A stretch of DNA of 64,000 bases, from positions 6,500 to 70,499 of the forward strand of contig CAVSXV010000012.1 of NCBI GenBank assembly GCA_963731995.1, given 5' to 3'. A model generated the notes under the pieces. The model ran no database searches. It worked only from the letters and a program-made list of their open reading frames with translations, and was not told the DNA's origin. A program made the position numbers and the translations under genes. Position 1 is the first letter of the stretch. Each line of letters starts with the position of its first letter. Origin of the DNA: an uncultured Chloroflexia bacterium. Lineage in GTDB: Bacteria > Chloroflexota > Limnocylindria > Limnocylindrales > CSP1-4. Shown here in pieces: positions 31,481-40,720 of the stretch.

Positions 31481-33106
31481 GTGACCCAGGACACTCCCGC
31501 CTTCTTCGCGCTCGACCGTGGCACCATCAGCACGACCGCTGCGCTCATCGCGCCCGTGGACGGGCGTTATCGCATGGTCGCCGCCGGTGCTGCCCCGGTG
31601 GGCGTCGATCCCGAGTCCGTCCTCGAGGACCTCGCTTGGCGCGTCGCGCGCACCGATGCCTCCGTCGCCGGCTCGATGCAGGGCTGGCGCGAGTGGTCCC
31701 GCCTGGAGGTCTTCACCGGCCCGCCGCCCCGAGCCGTGCTGGTGGCCGCCTCCGCCGAGACCGGCGAGTCGCTCGAGCGCGCGTTCGTGGGCGCGGGATG
31801 GACGATCGGCGGACGGTTCTACGGCGCAGCCCCGGACATCGTGGGGCTGGGCGAGAGCTGCCTCGACCCGCGCACCGTTGCGGTGGTCATGGGTGGTCGC
31901 GAGGGCGTGGAGGAGAACGAGTTCGAGACGGCCCAGCGCCTGTGGCCGCGAGCAGCCTCGCTGGCACGCTTTCGGGATGACCTGGCGGTCATCGCCTGCG
32001 GCCCCTTCGTCGACCGCCCCGAGGGCATCCCCGACGGTCGGCTCTTCTCATTGCCGGCGCCCGACCCGGTGCCGGTCACGGCCGACTCGATGCTGCGCGA
32101 CGCGGCCCTGCAGGTCGGGCGCCACCTGGCCGATCACGGCGCCACCCCCGGGATCGACGCCCGCACCGCGTTGCGCGCCTCGATCGCCTCACTCGCGAGC
32201 GTGCTCGGCGCGCCCGTCGACGGGATCGAGATCGGCGCGTCCTCCGGCTCTCGCACCGTGGCTGGCCCTGGTGTCGAAGCGGGCCACGGCACCTTCGCGC
32301 TCGCAGCATCGCTACCGCCGCAGCTGCTCGATGACGAGGCCTTCGGCGAGGAGGTGCTGCGCTGGTGCACGCTGGGCGGTGGTGACCCCGCGGCCCGCCT
32401 CGATGGGCTGCGCGACCTCGTGCTTCGCCCCTGGGCGTCGTGGGGTATGGACGACGCCCACCTGCGCCTGGCCGCCCTGCGTGGGGCGCTCGAGCGCCTC
32501 GAGACGGTCTGGCGTGACGGCCAGACGGACGCGGGACGATCGCGGGGCAGCGGCGTGACCGTCCTGAGCGGCGGCGCCTTCGCGGGCTTGCCGCCAGCCG
32601 CGCTCGCACTCGCGGTCATCGACGGCGTGCGACGTGCCGGTGCCGTGAGCCTGCTCCACGACCACGCCGGCGTGCTGGCCCCGTTGGGCGCACTGCCGGT
32701 CGAGGCCGATCGCCAGCGGCTGCTCTCGGACCTCATGCGCGACGCGTTGCTGCCGCTGGGCAGCGCCATCGTGACTGGCACCCTGAGCGCGCGCAAGAAG
32801 AACAAGGCAGCGGCCGCCATGAGCATCACCAGCGCCCTCGGCGACCAGCGCCTGACCCTCGATCCCGGTCTGCTCCAGCTCGTCGATCTGCCGCCGGGCA
32901 TCTCCGCGCGCATCGGCATCGATCCCGGCGCCGGCTCGGTCCTCGGGAGCGACGGTGCGCCCATCACGATGGAGGTCAGCGGCGGGCTCGGTGGCCTGTT
33001 CGTCGACACCCGTCCCATCCCGCTCGACCTGCCGGCCGGCGGCGATGCGCGCCGAGCCGCCCTCGAGGCCTGGGAGGCACCGGTCTGGGCCGGGGGCGAA
33101 CGTTGA
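31481..33106 (+). CDS. Hypothetical protein, predicted ASKHA-fold (actin/Hsp70/sugar-kinase-like) ATPase, 541 aa
   Basis: N-terminal phosphate-1-like FFALDRGTISTTAALIA and C-terminal adenosine-motif-like GVTVLSGGAFAGLPPAALALAVIDG; good codon bias; GTG start. Confidence 0.55.
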   Translation: MTQDTPAFFALDRGTISTTAALIAPVDGRYRMVAAGAAPVGVDPESVLEDLAWRVARTDASVAGSMQGWREWSRLEVFTGPPPRAVLVAASAETGESLERAFVGAGWTIGGRFYGAAPDIVGLGESCLDPRTVAVVMGGREGVEENEFETAQRLWPRAASLARFRDDLAVIACGPFVDRPEGIPDGRLFSLPAPDPVPVTADSMLRDAALQVGRHLADHGATPGIDARTALRASIASLASVLGAPVDGIEIGASSGSRTVAGPGVEAGHGTFALAASLPPQLLDDEAFGEEVLRWCTLGGGDPAARLDGLRDLVLRPWASWGMDDAHLRLAALRGALERLETVWRDGQTDAGRSRGSGVTVLSGGAFAGLPPAALALAVIDGVRRAGAVSLLHDHAGVLAPLGALPVEADRQRLLSDLMRDALLPLGSAIVTGTLSARKKNKAAAAMSITSALGDQRLTLDPGLLQLVDLPPGISARIGIDPGAGSVLGSDGAPITMEVSGGLGGLFVDTRPIPLDLPAGGDARRAALEAWEAPVWAGGER

Positions 33107-34179
33107 GCGAGCCGATGGAGTCGGTCGAGCCGGTGCAGCAGCCCGAAGCCGGACGCTTCGTGCCTCCAGCGAGCCGCCCCGAGAGCGGTCGCCTGCTGCG
33201 CATCCCGCTGCACCTCGCTGACCGGCCCCTGGTGGTGCCCGGTCAGCCCGTGGAGCTGGGCCAGCCCATCATCGAGCACTTCCGCGATCAGGAGGCCATC
33301 GAGGTCGAGAGCAGCGCCGCAGTCATCGGCATCCCGCCCGGCGCGGTGCTCGACAACGTCCCCGCGGGCACGTCCGGTCGCCTCGGCCGCCGTTCCAGCG
33401 AGACCACCTACCGGACCCGCGTCTGTGAGCACGGACGCGATGGCATCACCCGCCTCGTGGCCGGTAGCGGTGAGGTCGTGATCAGCGCGCCCGCGAGCGG
33501 TGTCATCGAGGCGGTCACGCCTGCCCGGGTCGACCTGCGCGCCAGCGGGCTTGCGGTCGACGCCCGCATCGGCTGGGGTCGGCCGACGGTGGGCCGGTTG
33601 CTGGTAGCCGTCGATGGCCCCGGCGCCGAGATCCAGACCTCGCGCATCGACGTGAGCGCCGCCGGCGCGATCCTGGTGGTCGGCGCGCGCATCGACATCG
33701 AGGCGCTCTCGCGTGCTCGCGCGATCGGCGCGGCCGGGGTCATCACCGGCGGCGTGGCCAGCCGCGACATGCGTCAGCTGATCTCATCGGAGGCACGTCA
33801 GCAGGCGGCCCTGCACGCTGCGGCGCCGTTCGGCCTGGTGGCCTTGGGAGGCCATGGGCGCGCGCCCATCCCGGGACACCTGTGGGACCTGCTGGTGGCC
33901 GCCGACGGCCGCCAGGTCGGCCTGCTGCCCGCATCCCGTACGCTCCTGGTCGACGGCGATACGGGACCGTTGCTCGAGGCGGTCTCGCGTCCGGCCGGCA
34001 CCGTCCGCGTGGTACGGGGCGATCATCGCGACCACGAGGGTCGACTGGTCGGGCTTTCGGGTCCGCGACGCTGGCCCGGCGGCAGCTATGCCCCCGGCGG
34101 GTTCGTGGAGCTCCGCGGTCCCGGCGGCGACGTGGAGCGCCATTGCGTGCCCCTGACCGTCCTGGAGCGTCTCGGCTAG
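33103..34179 (+). CDS. Hypothetical protein (358 aa), translationally coupled to the preceding gene
   Basis: ATGA overlap at 33103-33106; high GC3; no recognisable family. Confidence 0.5.
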   Translation: MSEPMESVEPVQQPEAGRFVPPASRPESGRLLRIPLHLADRPLVVPGQPVELGQPIIEHFRDQEAIEVESSAAVIGIPPGAVLDNVPAGTSGRLGRRSSETTYRTRVCEHGRDGITRLVAGSGEVVISAPASGVIEAVTPARVDLRASGLAVDARIGWGRPTVGRLLVAVDGPGAEIQTSRIDVSAAGAILVVGARIDIEALSRARAIGAAGVITGGVASRDMRQLISSEARQQAALHAAAPFGLVALGGHGRAPIPGHLWDLLVAADGRQVGLLPASRTLLVDGDTGPLLEAVSRPAGTVRVVRGDHRDHEGRLVGLSGPRRWPGGSYAPGGFVELRGPGGDVERHCVPLTVLERLG

Positions 34180-34188
34180 CCTGCCGCG

Positions 34189-34695
34189 ATGACCATGTCC
34201 GATCCCGACCGGCAGCACCTCGCGCTGTCCGTCCGCACCGGCTCGACCGAGCAGACACGGGCCTTCGCGGCGGCGCTGGCGCCGGCTGCCAGGGCCGGCG
34301 ACCGGCTCGCGCTGGTAGGTCCGCTGGGGGCGGGCAAGACGCAGTTCGCCAAGGGCTTCGCGGTCGGTCTCGGCATCGATGAGGTGGTCAACAGCCCCAG
34401 CTTCACGCTGATGGCCGAGTACCAGGGCCGCCTCACGCTCTTCCACCAGGATCTCTATCGCCTCGCGGGCGCTGACGAGGTCCTGGCCGGCGGCCTGCTC
34501 GATGAGCGCCAGGATGCGGGCGTGACGCTGAGTGAGTGGGCCGATCGGCTCGACGAGGGCCTTGACCCCGCGCGCCTGACCGTGGCCATCGAAGCGGCCG
34601 ACGCCGAGACGCGCGAGATCGAGATCAGCGGGCACGGGGAGGTCGCGAAACGCTACCTCGAGGCGGCTCGCGCCTGGCGCGAGGCCGTGGGATGA
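34189..34695 (+). CDS. tsaE: tRNA threonylcarbamoyladenosine biosynthesis protein TsaE (P-loop ATPase)
   Basis: …LALVGPLGAGKTQFAKGFA…SPSFTLMAEY…. Confidence 0.88.
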   Translation: MTMSDPDRQHLALSVRTGSTEQTRAFAAALAPAARAGDRLALVGPLGAGKTQFAKGFAVGLGIDEVVNSPSFTLMAEYQGRLTLFHQDLYRLAGADEVLAGGLLDERQDAGVTLSEWADRLDEGLDPARLTVAIEAADAETREIEISGHGEVAKRYLEAARAWREAVG

Positions 34696-35366
34696 ACGAT
34701 AGCCTGATCCTCGCGGTCGACACTTCGACGCGCGCCAGCATCGTGGTCCTGGGCGGCGCGGAGCCGGTCGCGCTCAGCCGTCGCGATGTCCAGCACCGCC
34801 ACGGCTCGCACCTGCTCGAGCAGATCGACGAGGTCCTCACCGAGGCCGGCGGTTCCCTCGCCGATATCGGCGCGCTGGGGGTGGGCACGGGCCCCGGCTC
34901 GTTCACCGGCCTGCGCGTGGGCCTGGCCACGCTCAAGACGCTCGCCTACGCCCGCGAGCTCGTGGTGGTCGGCGTCAGGTCGTCCGACGCGCTGCGCCAG
35001 GCGGGGACCGATGCCGGTGCGCGCGCAGATGCGGCCGTGGTGCTGCCGGCCGGTGCTCGCGACCACTACCTCGCTCGGGTCGGGGAGGACCCCCGGCTCG
35101 TCGCGCCCGGCGAGCTCGCGGAGGCCGTCGCGGGCAGGCCCGTGCTGGCGGTCGACATGGACGCGGAGCTGCTCGGAGCAGAGGCCGCCCGCCTCGGTGC
35201 CGCTGCCGTGGAGGCCATGCCGAGGGCCCTGCTGGCGCTGGTCCGCGCACGCCTCGATGCCGGTGAGAACGATGACGTGGCCGCCCTGACCCCGGCCTAC
35301 GTGGCCCTGCCGCGGGGCGTCAAGCGAGCAGCGGAGGACCTGGGATGGTCGCCCGACCTCCGGTGA
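34692..35366 (+). CDS. tsaB: tRNA threonylcarbamoyladenosine biosynthesis protein TsaB
   Basis: MNDSLILAVDTSTRASIVVL…GVGTGPGSFTGLRVGLATLKTLA…. Confidence 0.88.
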   Translation: MNDSLILAVDTSTRASIVVLGGAEPVALSRRDVQHRHGSHLLEQIDEVLTEAGGSLADIGALGVGTGPGSFTGLRVGLATLKTLAYARELVVVGVRSSDALRQAGTDAGARADAAVVLPAGARDHYLARVGEDPRLVAPGELAEAVAGRPVLAVDMDAELLGAEAARLGAAAVEAMPRALLALVRARLDAGENDDVAALTPAYVALPRGVKRAAEDLGWSPDLR

Positions 35367-35929
35367 GGCTGGTGGTCGCGGAGATGACCGCCGAGGACAT
35401 CCCCGCGGTCCACGCCATCGAAAGCGCCTCGTTCCCCACACCGTGGCCGCCCTATGCTTTCCGCCAGGAGCTCGAGACCAACCGCCTCGCGCGCTACATC
35501 GTGGTCCGAGCGGGGGCACGCGTCATCGCCTATGCCGGCATCTGGCTGATGGTCGACGAGGCTCACCTGACCACCTTCGCGGTGCTGCCCGCCTATCGCC
35601 GCCGCGGCATCGGCGGGCTGCTGCTGGTGGAGCTGATGGAGCTGTCGGCCGACCTGGGGGCAGCCGTGTGCACGCTGGAGGTCCGGCTCAGCAACGCCGC
35701 GGCGCGACGCCTGTACCAGGAATTCGGCTTCAAGCCGGTGGGTGTCCGCCCCCGCTACTACACCGACAACGGCGAAGATGCCCTGATCATGACCACGGAC
35801 CGCCTCGAGACACCCGAGATGCAGGCGCTCGTGGCGAGGAAGCGTGCCCGCTACGCCACCGACGTGCTGCCCGATGATCCCGGCTTCGTGCCCGATCCAG
35901 ATGATCCCCCGGAGGTGCTGGACCTGTGA
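35345..35929 (+). CDS. rimI: Ribosomal-protein-alanine N-acetyltransferase (GNAT)
   Basis: GNAT motifs …YRRRGIGGLLL…RLYQEFGF…; located between tsaB and tsaD. Confidence 0.85.
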   Translation: MVARPPVRLVVAEMTAEDIPAVHAIESASFPTPWPPYAFRQELETNRLARYIVVRAGARVIAYAGIWLMVDEAHLTTFAVLPAYRRRGIGGLLLVELMELSADLGAAVCTLEVRLSNAAARRLYQEFGFKPVGVRPRYYTDNGEDALIMTTDRLETPEMQALVARKRARYATDVLPDDPGFVPDPDDPPEVLDL

Positions 35930-36993
35930 GCAGCAGACGCATCCTCGCGGTCGAGTCCTCCTGCGACGAGACGGCCGTGGCCGTGGTGGAGGGTGGTCGC
36001 CGGATCGTGGCCAGCGTCATCGCCAGCCAGGTGCGCCTGCACTCGGCCACCGGTGGCATCGTGCCCGAGGTCGCCGCGCGTGCCCACCTGCGCTGGATGA
36101 TCCCCGTGCTCGATGAGGCCCGCACCCGAGCCGGGATCGAGGCTTGGAGCGAGCTCGACGCGGTCGCCGTGACCGAAGGCCCGGGGCTCGCCGGATCGCT
36201 GCTCGTGGGCATCACCATGGCCAAGACGCTGGCCTGGAGCGTCGGCCTGCCGCTGGTGCCGGTCAATCACCTCGAGGGCCACATCTACGCGGCCTGGCTG
36301 CTCGACCCCGACGAGGATGAGAAGCCCGCACCGCAATTCCCGCTGGTAGCGCTGGTGGTCAGCGGAGGCCACACCTTCATCGTGGAGATGGAGGACCACA
36401 TCACCTATCGCCTCCTCGGACAGACCGTGGACGACGCTGCCGGTGAGGCCTTCGACAAGGTCGGCCGGCTGCTGGGGCTCTCGTACCCGGGCGGGCCGGC
36501 CATCATGAAGGCGGCCGCGGGCGCCACCGCGCACGATCGCCGATTCCCTCGGGCCTGGATGGGCGATTCCTTCGACTTCTCCTTCTCCGGGCTCAAGACC
36601 GCGGCACGCCACGAGGTCGCCGAGGCCCTGGGGCTGCCGCCCCAGTCGCGTGAGCTCGATGGCTCGAACCTTGCCGAGGCAGACGTGGCCGAGCTGGCCT
36701 GGGCCTTCCAGGAATCGGTCGTGGACGTGCTCTCGTCGAAGCTCCTTCGCGCCGCCCGAGAGCTCGGTGCCAAGTCGATCATCCTGGGGGGAGGGGTGGC
36801 CGCCAACGCGGTCCTCCGAGACCGCATCGACGAGGGCGCCCGGGGCCTGGGCGTGCCGCTCGTCGTGCCCCGGCCCGGCCTGTGCACCGACAACGCTGCC
36901 ATGATCGCTGCGGCCGCGTATCACCGGCATGGCGCGGGCGTTCGGGGAGACCGCACGCTCGACGCGCGGCCCTCGCTCAAGCTGGCGGTCTGA
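35926..36993 (+). CDS. tsaD: tRNA N6-adenosine threonylcarbamoyltransferase TsaD
   Basis: MSSRRILAVESSCDETAVAV…VNHLEGHIYAAWL…. Confidence 0.93.
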   Translation: MSSRRILAVESSCDETAVAVVEGGRRIVASVIASQVRLHSATGGIVPEVAARAHLRWMIPVLDEARTRAGIEAWSELDAVAVTEGPGLAGSLLVGITMAKTLAWSVGLPLVPVNHLEGHIYAAWLLDPDEDEKPAPQFPLVALVVSGGHTFIVEMEDHITYRLLGQTVDDAAGEAFDKVGRLLGLSYPGGPAIMKAAAGATAHDRRFPRAWMGDSFDFSFSGLKTAARHEVAEALGLPPQSRELDGSNLAEADVAELAWAFQESVVDVLSSKLLRAARELGAKSIILGGGVAANAVLRDRIDEGARGLGVPLVVPRPGLCTDNAAMIAAAAYHRHGAGVRGDRTLDARPSLKLAV

Positions 36994-36995
36994 GG

Positions 36996-37859
36996 ATGCC
37001 GCGGGATGACGTCGAGCTCGACGCCGCCCATCTGGGTCCCGAGACGGTCGCACGATACCTGAAGCAACACGGCTTGGGCGCACGCAAGTCGCTCTCGCAG
37101 AACCACCTCGCGGACGGCGCCGTGCTCGAGCGCATCGTCGAGGTCGCGGACGTGAGCCCCGGGGAGCGCATCGTGGAGGTGGGGCCGGGCGTCGGTATCC
37201 TCACGGCGCAGCTGCTGGCGGCCGGCGCGTCGGTCACCGCGGTGGAGCTCGACTTCCGCCTCGCGGGACACTTGCGCCAGCGGTTCGTGGATGATCCCGG
37301 CTTGAGAACCGTCGAAGCCGACTTCCTCGACGTGGAGCTGGCAGACGTGGTCGACGAGCCGTGGGCCCTGGTGGCCAACGTGCCGTATCACATCACCAGC
37401 CCCATCCTGCACCGCATCCTCGGAGCCGAGCCACGGCCGACCCGCTTCGTGATGATGGTCCAGAAGGAGGTCGCCGAGCGCATCGCGGCACCACCCGGGG
37501 GCATGAGCTACCTGTCGGTCTTCGTCCAATACCACGCCCACGTCGAGGTCGCCTTCACGGTGCCCGCGGCGGCCTTCGAACCCGCACCCGAGGTCGACTC
37601 TGCCATCCTCAGCGGGCACATCCGCGAACGGCGGTTGGGCGAGAAGGACGAGGATGAGCTGTGGCGCCTGGTGCAGGCGGGCTTCCGGGAACGCCGCAAG
37701 ATGATCCACAACGTGCTGGCTCGCCAGCTGCCGGGTCTCGATCGAGAGCGGGTCGATGCCGGACTCGCCGCCTGCGGCATCGCCCCCGATCGGCGTCCCC
37801 AGACGCTCTCGGTCGACGAATGGATGGCGCTGCGGGCGACGCTGAGCCCGTTGCCATGA
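36996..37859 (+). CDS. rsmA: 16S rRNA (adenine1518/1519-N6)-dimethyltransferase
   Basis: …KSLSQNHLADGAVLERIV…VVEVGPGVGILTAQL…NVPYHITSPIL…; ATG 36996 just after the tsaD stop. The track ORF from 36882 overlaps tsaD. Confidence 0.88.
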   Translation: MPRDDVELDAAHLGPETVARYLKQHGLGARKSLSQNHLADGAVLERIVEVADVSPGERIVEVGPGVGILTAQLLAAGASVTAVELDFRLAGHLRQRFVDDPGLRTVEADFLDVELADVVDEPWALVANVPYHITSPILHRILGAEPRPTRFVMMVQKEVAERIAAPPGGMSYLSVFVQYHAHVEVAFTVPAAAFEPAPEVDSAILSGHIRERRLGEKDEDELWRLVQAGFRERRKMIHNVLARQLPGLDRERVDAGLAACGIAPDRRPQTLSVDEWMALRATLSPLP

Positions 37860-38776
37860 GCCTCTTCGAGGCCGACGCCCATGCCAAGCTCAACCTCGCG
37901 CTGGCGGTCACGGGCGTGCGTGACGACGGCTACCACACGCTGCGCTCGGTATTCCTGCGGCTGGCTCTCCACGATCGTCTTGAGGTCGAGCTCGATCCCG
38001 AGGCGGAGTCGGACAGCCTGGAGCTCGAGGGCGAGCTCGAGGCCAGCCACGACAACCTGGTGCTGCGCGCCGCTGACGGCCTGCGGGCAGTCGTGGATCC
38101 CACGCTGCCGGCGCTCCACTTCCGTCTGCGCAAACGCATCCCGGCCGCGGCCGGCCTCGGTGGCGGCAGCTCCGATGCGGCAGCTGCGCTCGACCTGGCG
38201 CTCGCCGCCTGGGGCGTCCGCCTGCACCCGGCCGAGCGCCTCGACGCGGCCCTGCGCGTCGGCGCCGACGTGCCCTTCTTCGCGGCCGGCCACCCCGCCT
38301 CGCTGATCGAGGGCGTCGGTGAGCGCATCTCGCGACTGCCCGCTCCGGAGCCGCCCGCCGGCATCGTCCTGGTCACGCCGCCCGGGCGGCTCTCGACCGC
38401 GGCCGTCTTCGCCGAGTTCGACCGCGATCCTGCGAGCGGCGCGCTCGAGCGCGTGGACGAGGCGGCGGCGCTCCTGCGGGAGCCGGTCGATGGCATGACC
38501 CTGGCGGCGACGACCGCGATGCTCAAGGAGGCCAACGACCTGTGGGCACCGGCCCTGCGGCTCCTGCCCCAGCTGGCTGCCCTGCGTGACGTCGCGTCGG
38601 CGGTCCTCGGGCGGGCCGTGCTGCTGACCGGCTCTGGACCCACCCTCTTCGCGGTCTATCCTTCGGAGGCCGCCGCGACGCGTGCGGCCGTGGCGCTCGC
38701 GTCGGCCGCAGCGGCCGAGCTCGAAGGCGCCACCATCATCACCACATCGACCATCGCCAGGGGAGAGGACTCATGA
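37856..38776 (+). CDS. ispE: 4-diphosphocytidyl-2-C-methyl-D-erythritol kinase
   Basis: MSLFEADAHAKLNLALAVTGVRDDGYH…PAAAGLGGGSSDAAAAL…; ATGA overlap with rsmA; the track ORF from 37661 is an upstream extension. Confidence 0.88.
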   Translation: MSLFEADAHAKLNLALAVTGVRDDGYHTLRSVFLRLALHDRLEVELDPEAESDSLELEGELEASHDNLVLRAADGLRAVVDPTLPALHFRLRKRIPAAAGLGGGSSDAAAALDLALAAWGVRLHPAERLDAALRVGADVPFFAAGHPASLIEGVGERISRLPAPEPPAGIVLVTPPGRLSTAAVFAEFDRDPASGALERVDEAAALLREPVDGMTLAATTAMLKEANDLWAPALRLLPQLAALRDVASAVLGRAVLLTGSGPTLFAVYPSEAAATRAAVALASAAAAELEGATIITTSTIARGEDS

Positions 38777-39153
38777 AGCAGCGCATCCAGACGTCGAAGG
38801 CCCCCGATGCGCTGGGGCCCTACAGCCAGGCCATCGTCACCGACTCGCTCGTCTTCTGTTCGGGGCAAGGGCCCGTGGATCCGGAGACCAACGCCGTCGT
38901 CGAGGGTGATGTCACGGTCCAGACGAGGCGCACGATGGACAACATCAAGGCCCTGCTCGCGGAGATGGGACTCGACTTCGGCGACGTCGTGAAGTCGACC
39001 TGTTATCTGGCGGACATGGACGACTTCAAGGCCTTCAACGAGGTCTACGGCTCGTACCTGCCGGAACCGTACCCGGCCCGGACCACGATCGAGGCAGCCC
39101 GCCTGCCGCTCGACATCCTCGTCGAGATCGAGGTCATCGCCCAGCAGCGCTAG
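38773..39153 (+). CDS. ridA: RidA/YjgF family reactive-intermediate deaminase
   Basis: …APDALGPYSQAIVTDSLVFCSGQ…ARTTIEAARLPLDILVEIEVIA…. Confidence 0.88.
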   Translation: MKQRIQTSKAPDALGPYSQAIVTDSLVFCSGQGPVDPETNAVVEGDVTVQTRRTMDNIKALLAEMGLDFGDVVKSTCYLADMDDFKAFNEVYGSYLPEPYPARTTIEAARLPLDILVEIEVIAQQR

Positions 39154-39186
39154 TGCGGCCCGAGCCGGCCGCAAGGCCAACGCCGG

Positions 39187-39216
39187 TTGACACCTCAGCG
39201 GGCTCAGCCCTAGATT
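39187..39216 (+). promoter_or_regulatory. Candidate promoter for glmU: TTGACA (39187-39192), 18-nt spacer, TAGATT (39211-39216)
   Basis: Consensus -35 and 5/6 -10 read directly from the sequence, 56 nt upstream of the glmU GTG. Confidence 0.45.
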
Positions 39217-39271
39217 CAGCCAACCTGATGCTCGAACGACCTCCACCAGCGAAGGGCGGTTCCGCCGCGTC

Positions 39272-40720
39272 GTGAACACCCACCCACACCAGCCCCTCGT
39301 CGCGGTCGTGATGGCCGCCGGGCTCGGTACTCGAATGCGTTCGAGCACCCCCAAGGTGCTGCATCCCATCTGTGGCCGCCCGATGTTGGCCTACGTCCTC
39401 GAGGCTGCCGTGGCTGCCACCGGCGCCAAGCCGCTGGTGGTCATCAGCCCGCCCGTGGCTCGGATCGCCGATGTCTTCGCCGGTGAGGCGCACTTCGCCA
39501 TCCAGGCTGAGCCGCGCGGCACCGCTGATGCTGTGGCCACCGCGCTGCGCGACCTGCCGGCCACGGTGCACGAGATCATCGTGCTCTCGGGCGACGTCCC
39601 GCTGGTCGATGCGGACACCATGGTCGAGCTGGCCCAGGCTCGGCGCGAGAACGAGGCCGCCGTGGCGCTCATCAGCGTCGAGATGGACGATCCGGCCATG
39701 CTGGGGCGCGTGGCGCGTGGCCCCGACGGTCGCATCACCGGCGTCGTCGAGTACAAGGACGCCAGCGCGGTCCAGCGCGACATCACCGAGATCAACTCCG
39801 GGCTGTACGCCTTCGATGCCGACTGGTTGCGTACCCGCATCGGCGAGATCGAGCCCAGCACGGTCACCGGCGAGCTGTACCTGCCGGAGCTCATCCCGCT
39901 CGCCCGCCGCGACGACCGCGCCGTGGTCACCCTCGAGGTCGAGAACGACGGCACGCTCCTGGGCATCAACGACCGCTCGCAGCTCGCTGACGCTGAGCTC
40001 GAGATGCGCCTGCGCATCCTCGAGGCCCACATGCAGGCGGGTGTGACCATCGTGGACCCGGCGACGACCTACATCGACGAGAGCGTGCGCATCGCGGAGG
40101 ACGTGACCCTCGAGCCCAACGTCATCCTGCGTGGCCAGACGATCATCGAGCGCGACGCGGTCATCCGTGCCGGCTCACAGATCTTCGACACCAGCATCGG
40201 GGAGCGCACGATCGTGTGGGCCAGCGTGCTCGAAGGCTCAACGGTCGATGCCGACGTGACCATCGGTCCCTTCAGCCACGTGCGCAAGGGCGCCTACATC
40301 GGCCCCGATGTGGAGCTGGGAAACTACGCCGAGGTCAAGAACAGCAACATCGGTGCCGGCACCAAGAGCCACCACTTCAGCTACCTCGGGGACGCCGACG
40401 TGGGCGAGAAGGTCAACATCGGCGCCGGCGCCATCACCGCCAACTACGACGGCGTGGCCAAGCACCGCACGCGCATCGGCAAGGGCGCCTTCATCGGCTC
40501 CGACACGATCATGCGCGCGCCGGTCACGGTGGGTGAGGGCGCCTTCACCGGCGCCGCCTCGCTCGTGACCAGGGACGTGCCCGACGGCCAGCTGGCGGTC
40601 GGTGTGCCTGCTCGCATCCGCACCCGCCGGCCGAAACCCGAGCAGAGCGCTGCCGTCGAGTCCGAGATACCCGCCGACGGTGCTGACGGAACCCGCACGG
40701 GGGACGCCCCCGACCGCTGA
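39272..40720 (+). CDS. glmU: Bifunctional UDP-N-acetylglucosamine pyrophosphorylase / glucosamine-1-phosphate N-acetyltransferase
   Basis: N-terminal …VVMAAGLGTRM… nucleotidyltransferase; C-terminal left-handed beta-helix hexapeptide repeats (…IGAGTKSHHFSYLGDADVGEKVNIGAGAITANYDG…). Confidence 0.93.
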   Translation: MNTHPHQPLVAVVMAAGLGTRMRSSTPKVLHPICGRPMLAYVLEAAVAATGAKPLVVISPPVARIADVFAGEAHFAIQAEPRGTADAVATALRDLPATVHEIIVLSGDVPLVDADTMVELAQARRENEAAVALISVEMDDPAMLGRVARGPDGRITGVVEYKDASAVQRDITEINSGLYAFDADWLRTRIGEIEPSTVTGELYLPELIPLARRDDRAVVTLEVENDGTLLGINDRSQLADAELEMRLRILEAHMQAGVTIVDPATTYIDESVRIAEDVTLEPNVILRGQTIIERDAVIRAGSQIFDTSIGERTIVWASVLEGSTVDADVTIGPFSHVRKGAYIGPDVELGNYAEVKNSNIGAGTKSHHFSYLGDADVGEKVNIGAGAITANYDGVAKHRTRIGKGAFIGSDTIMRAPVTVGEGAFTGAASLVTRDVPDGQLAVGVPARIRTRRPKPEQSAAVESEIPADGADGTRTGDAPDR

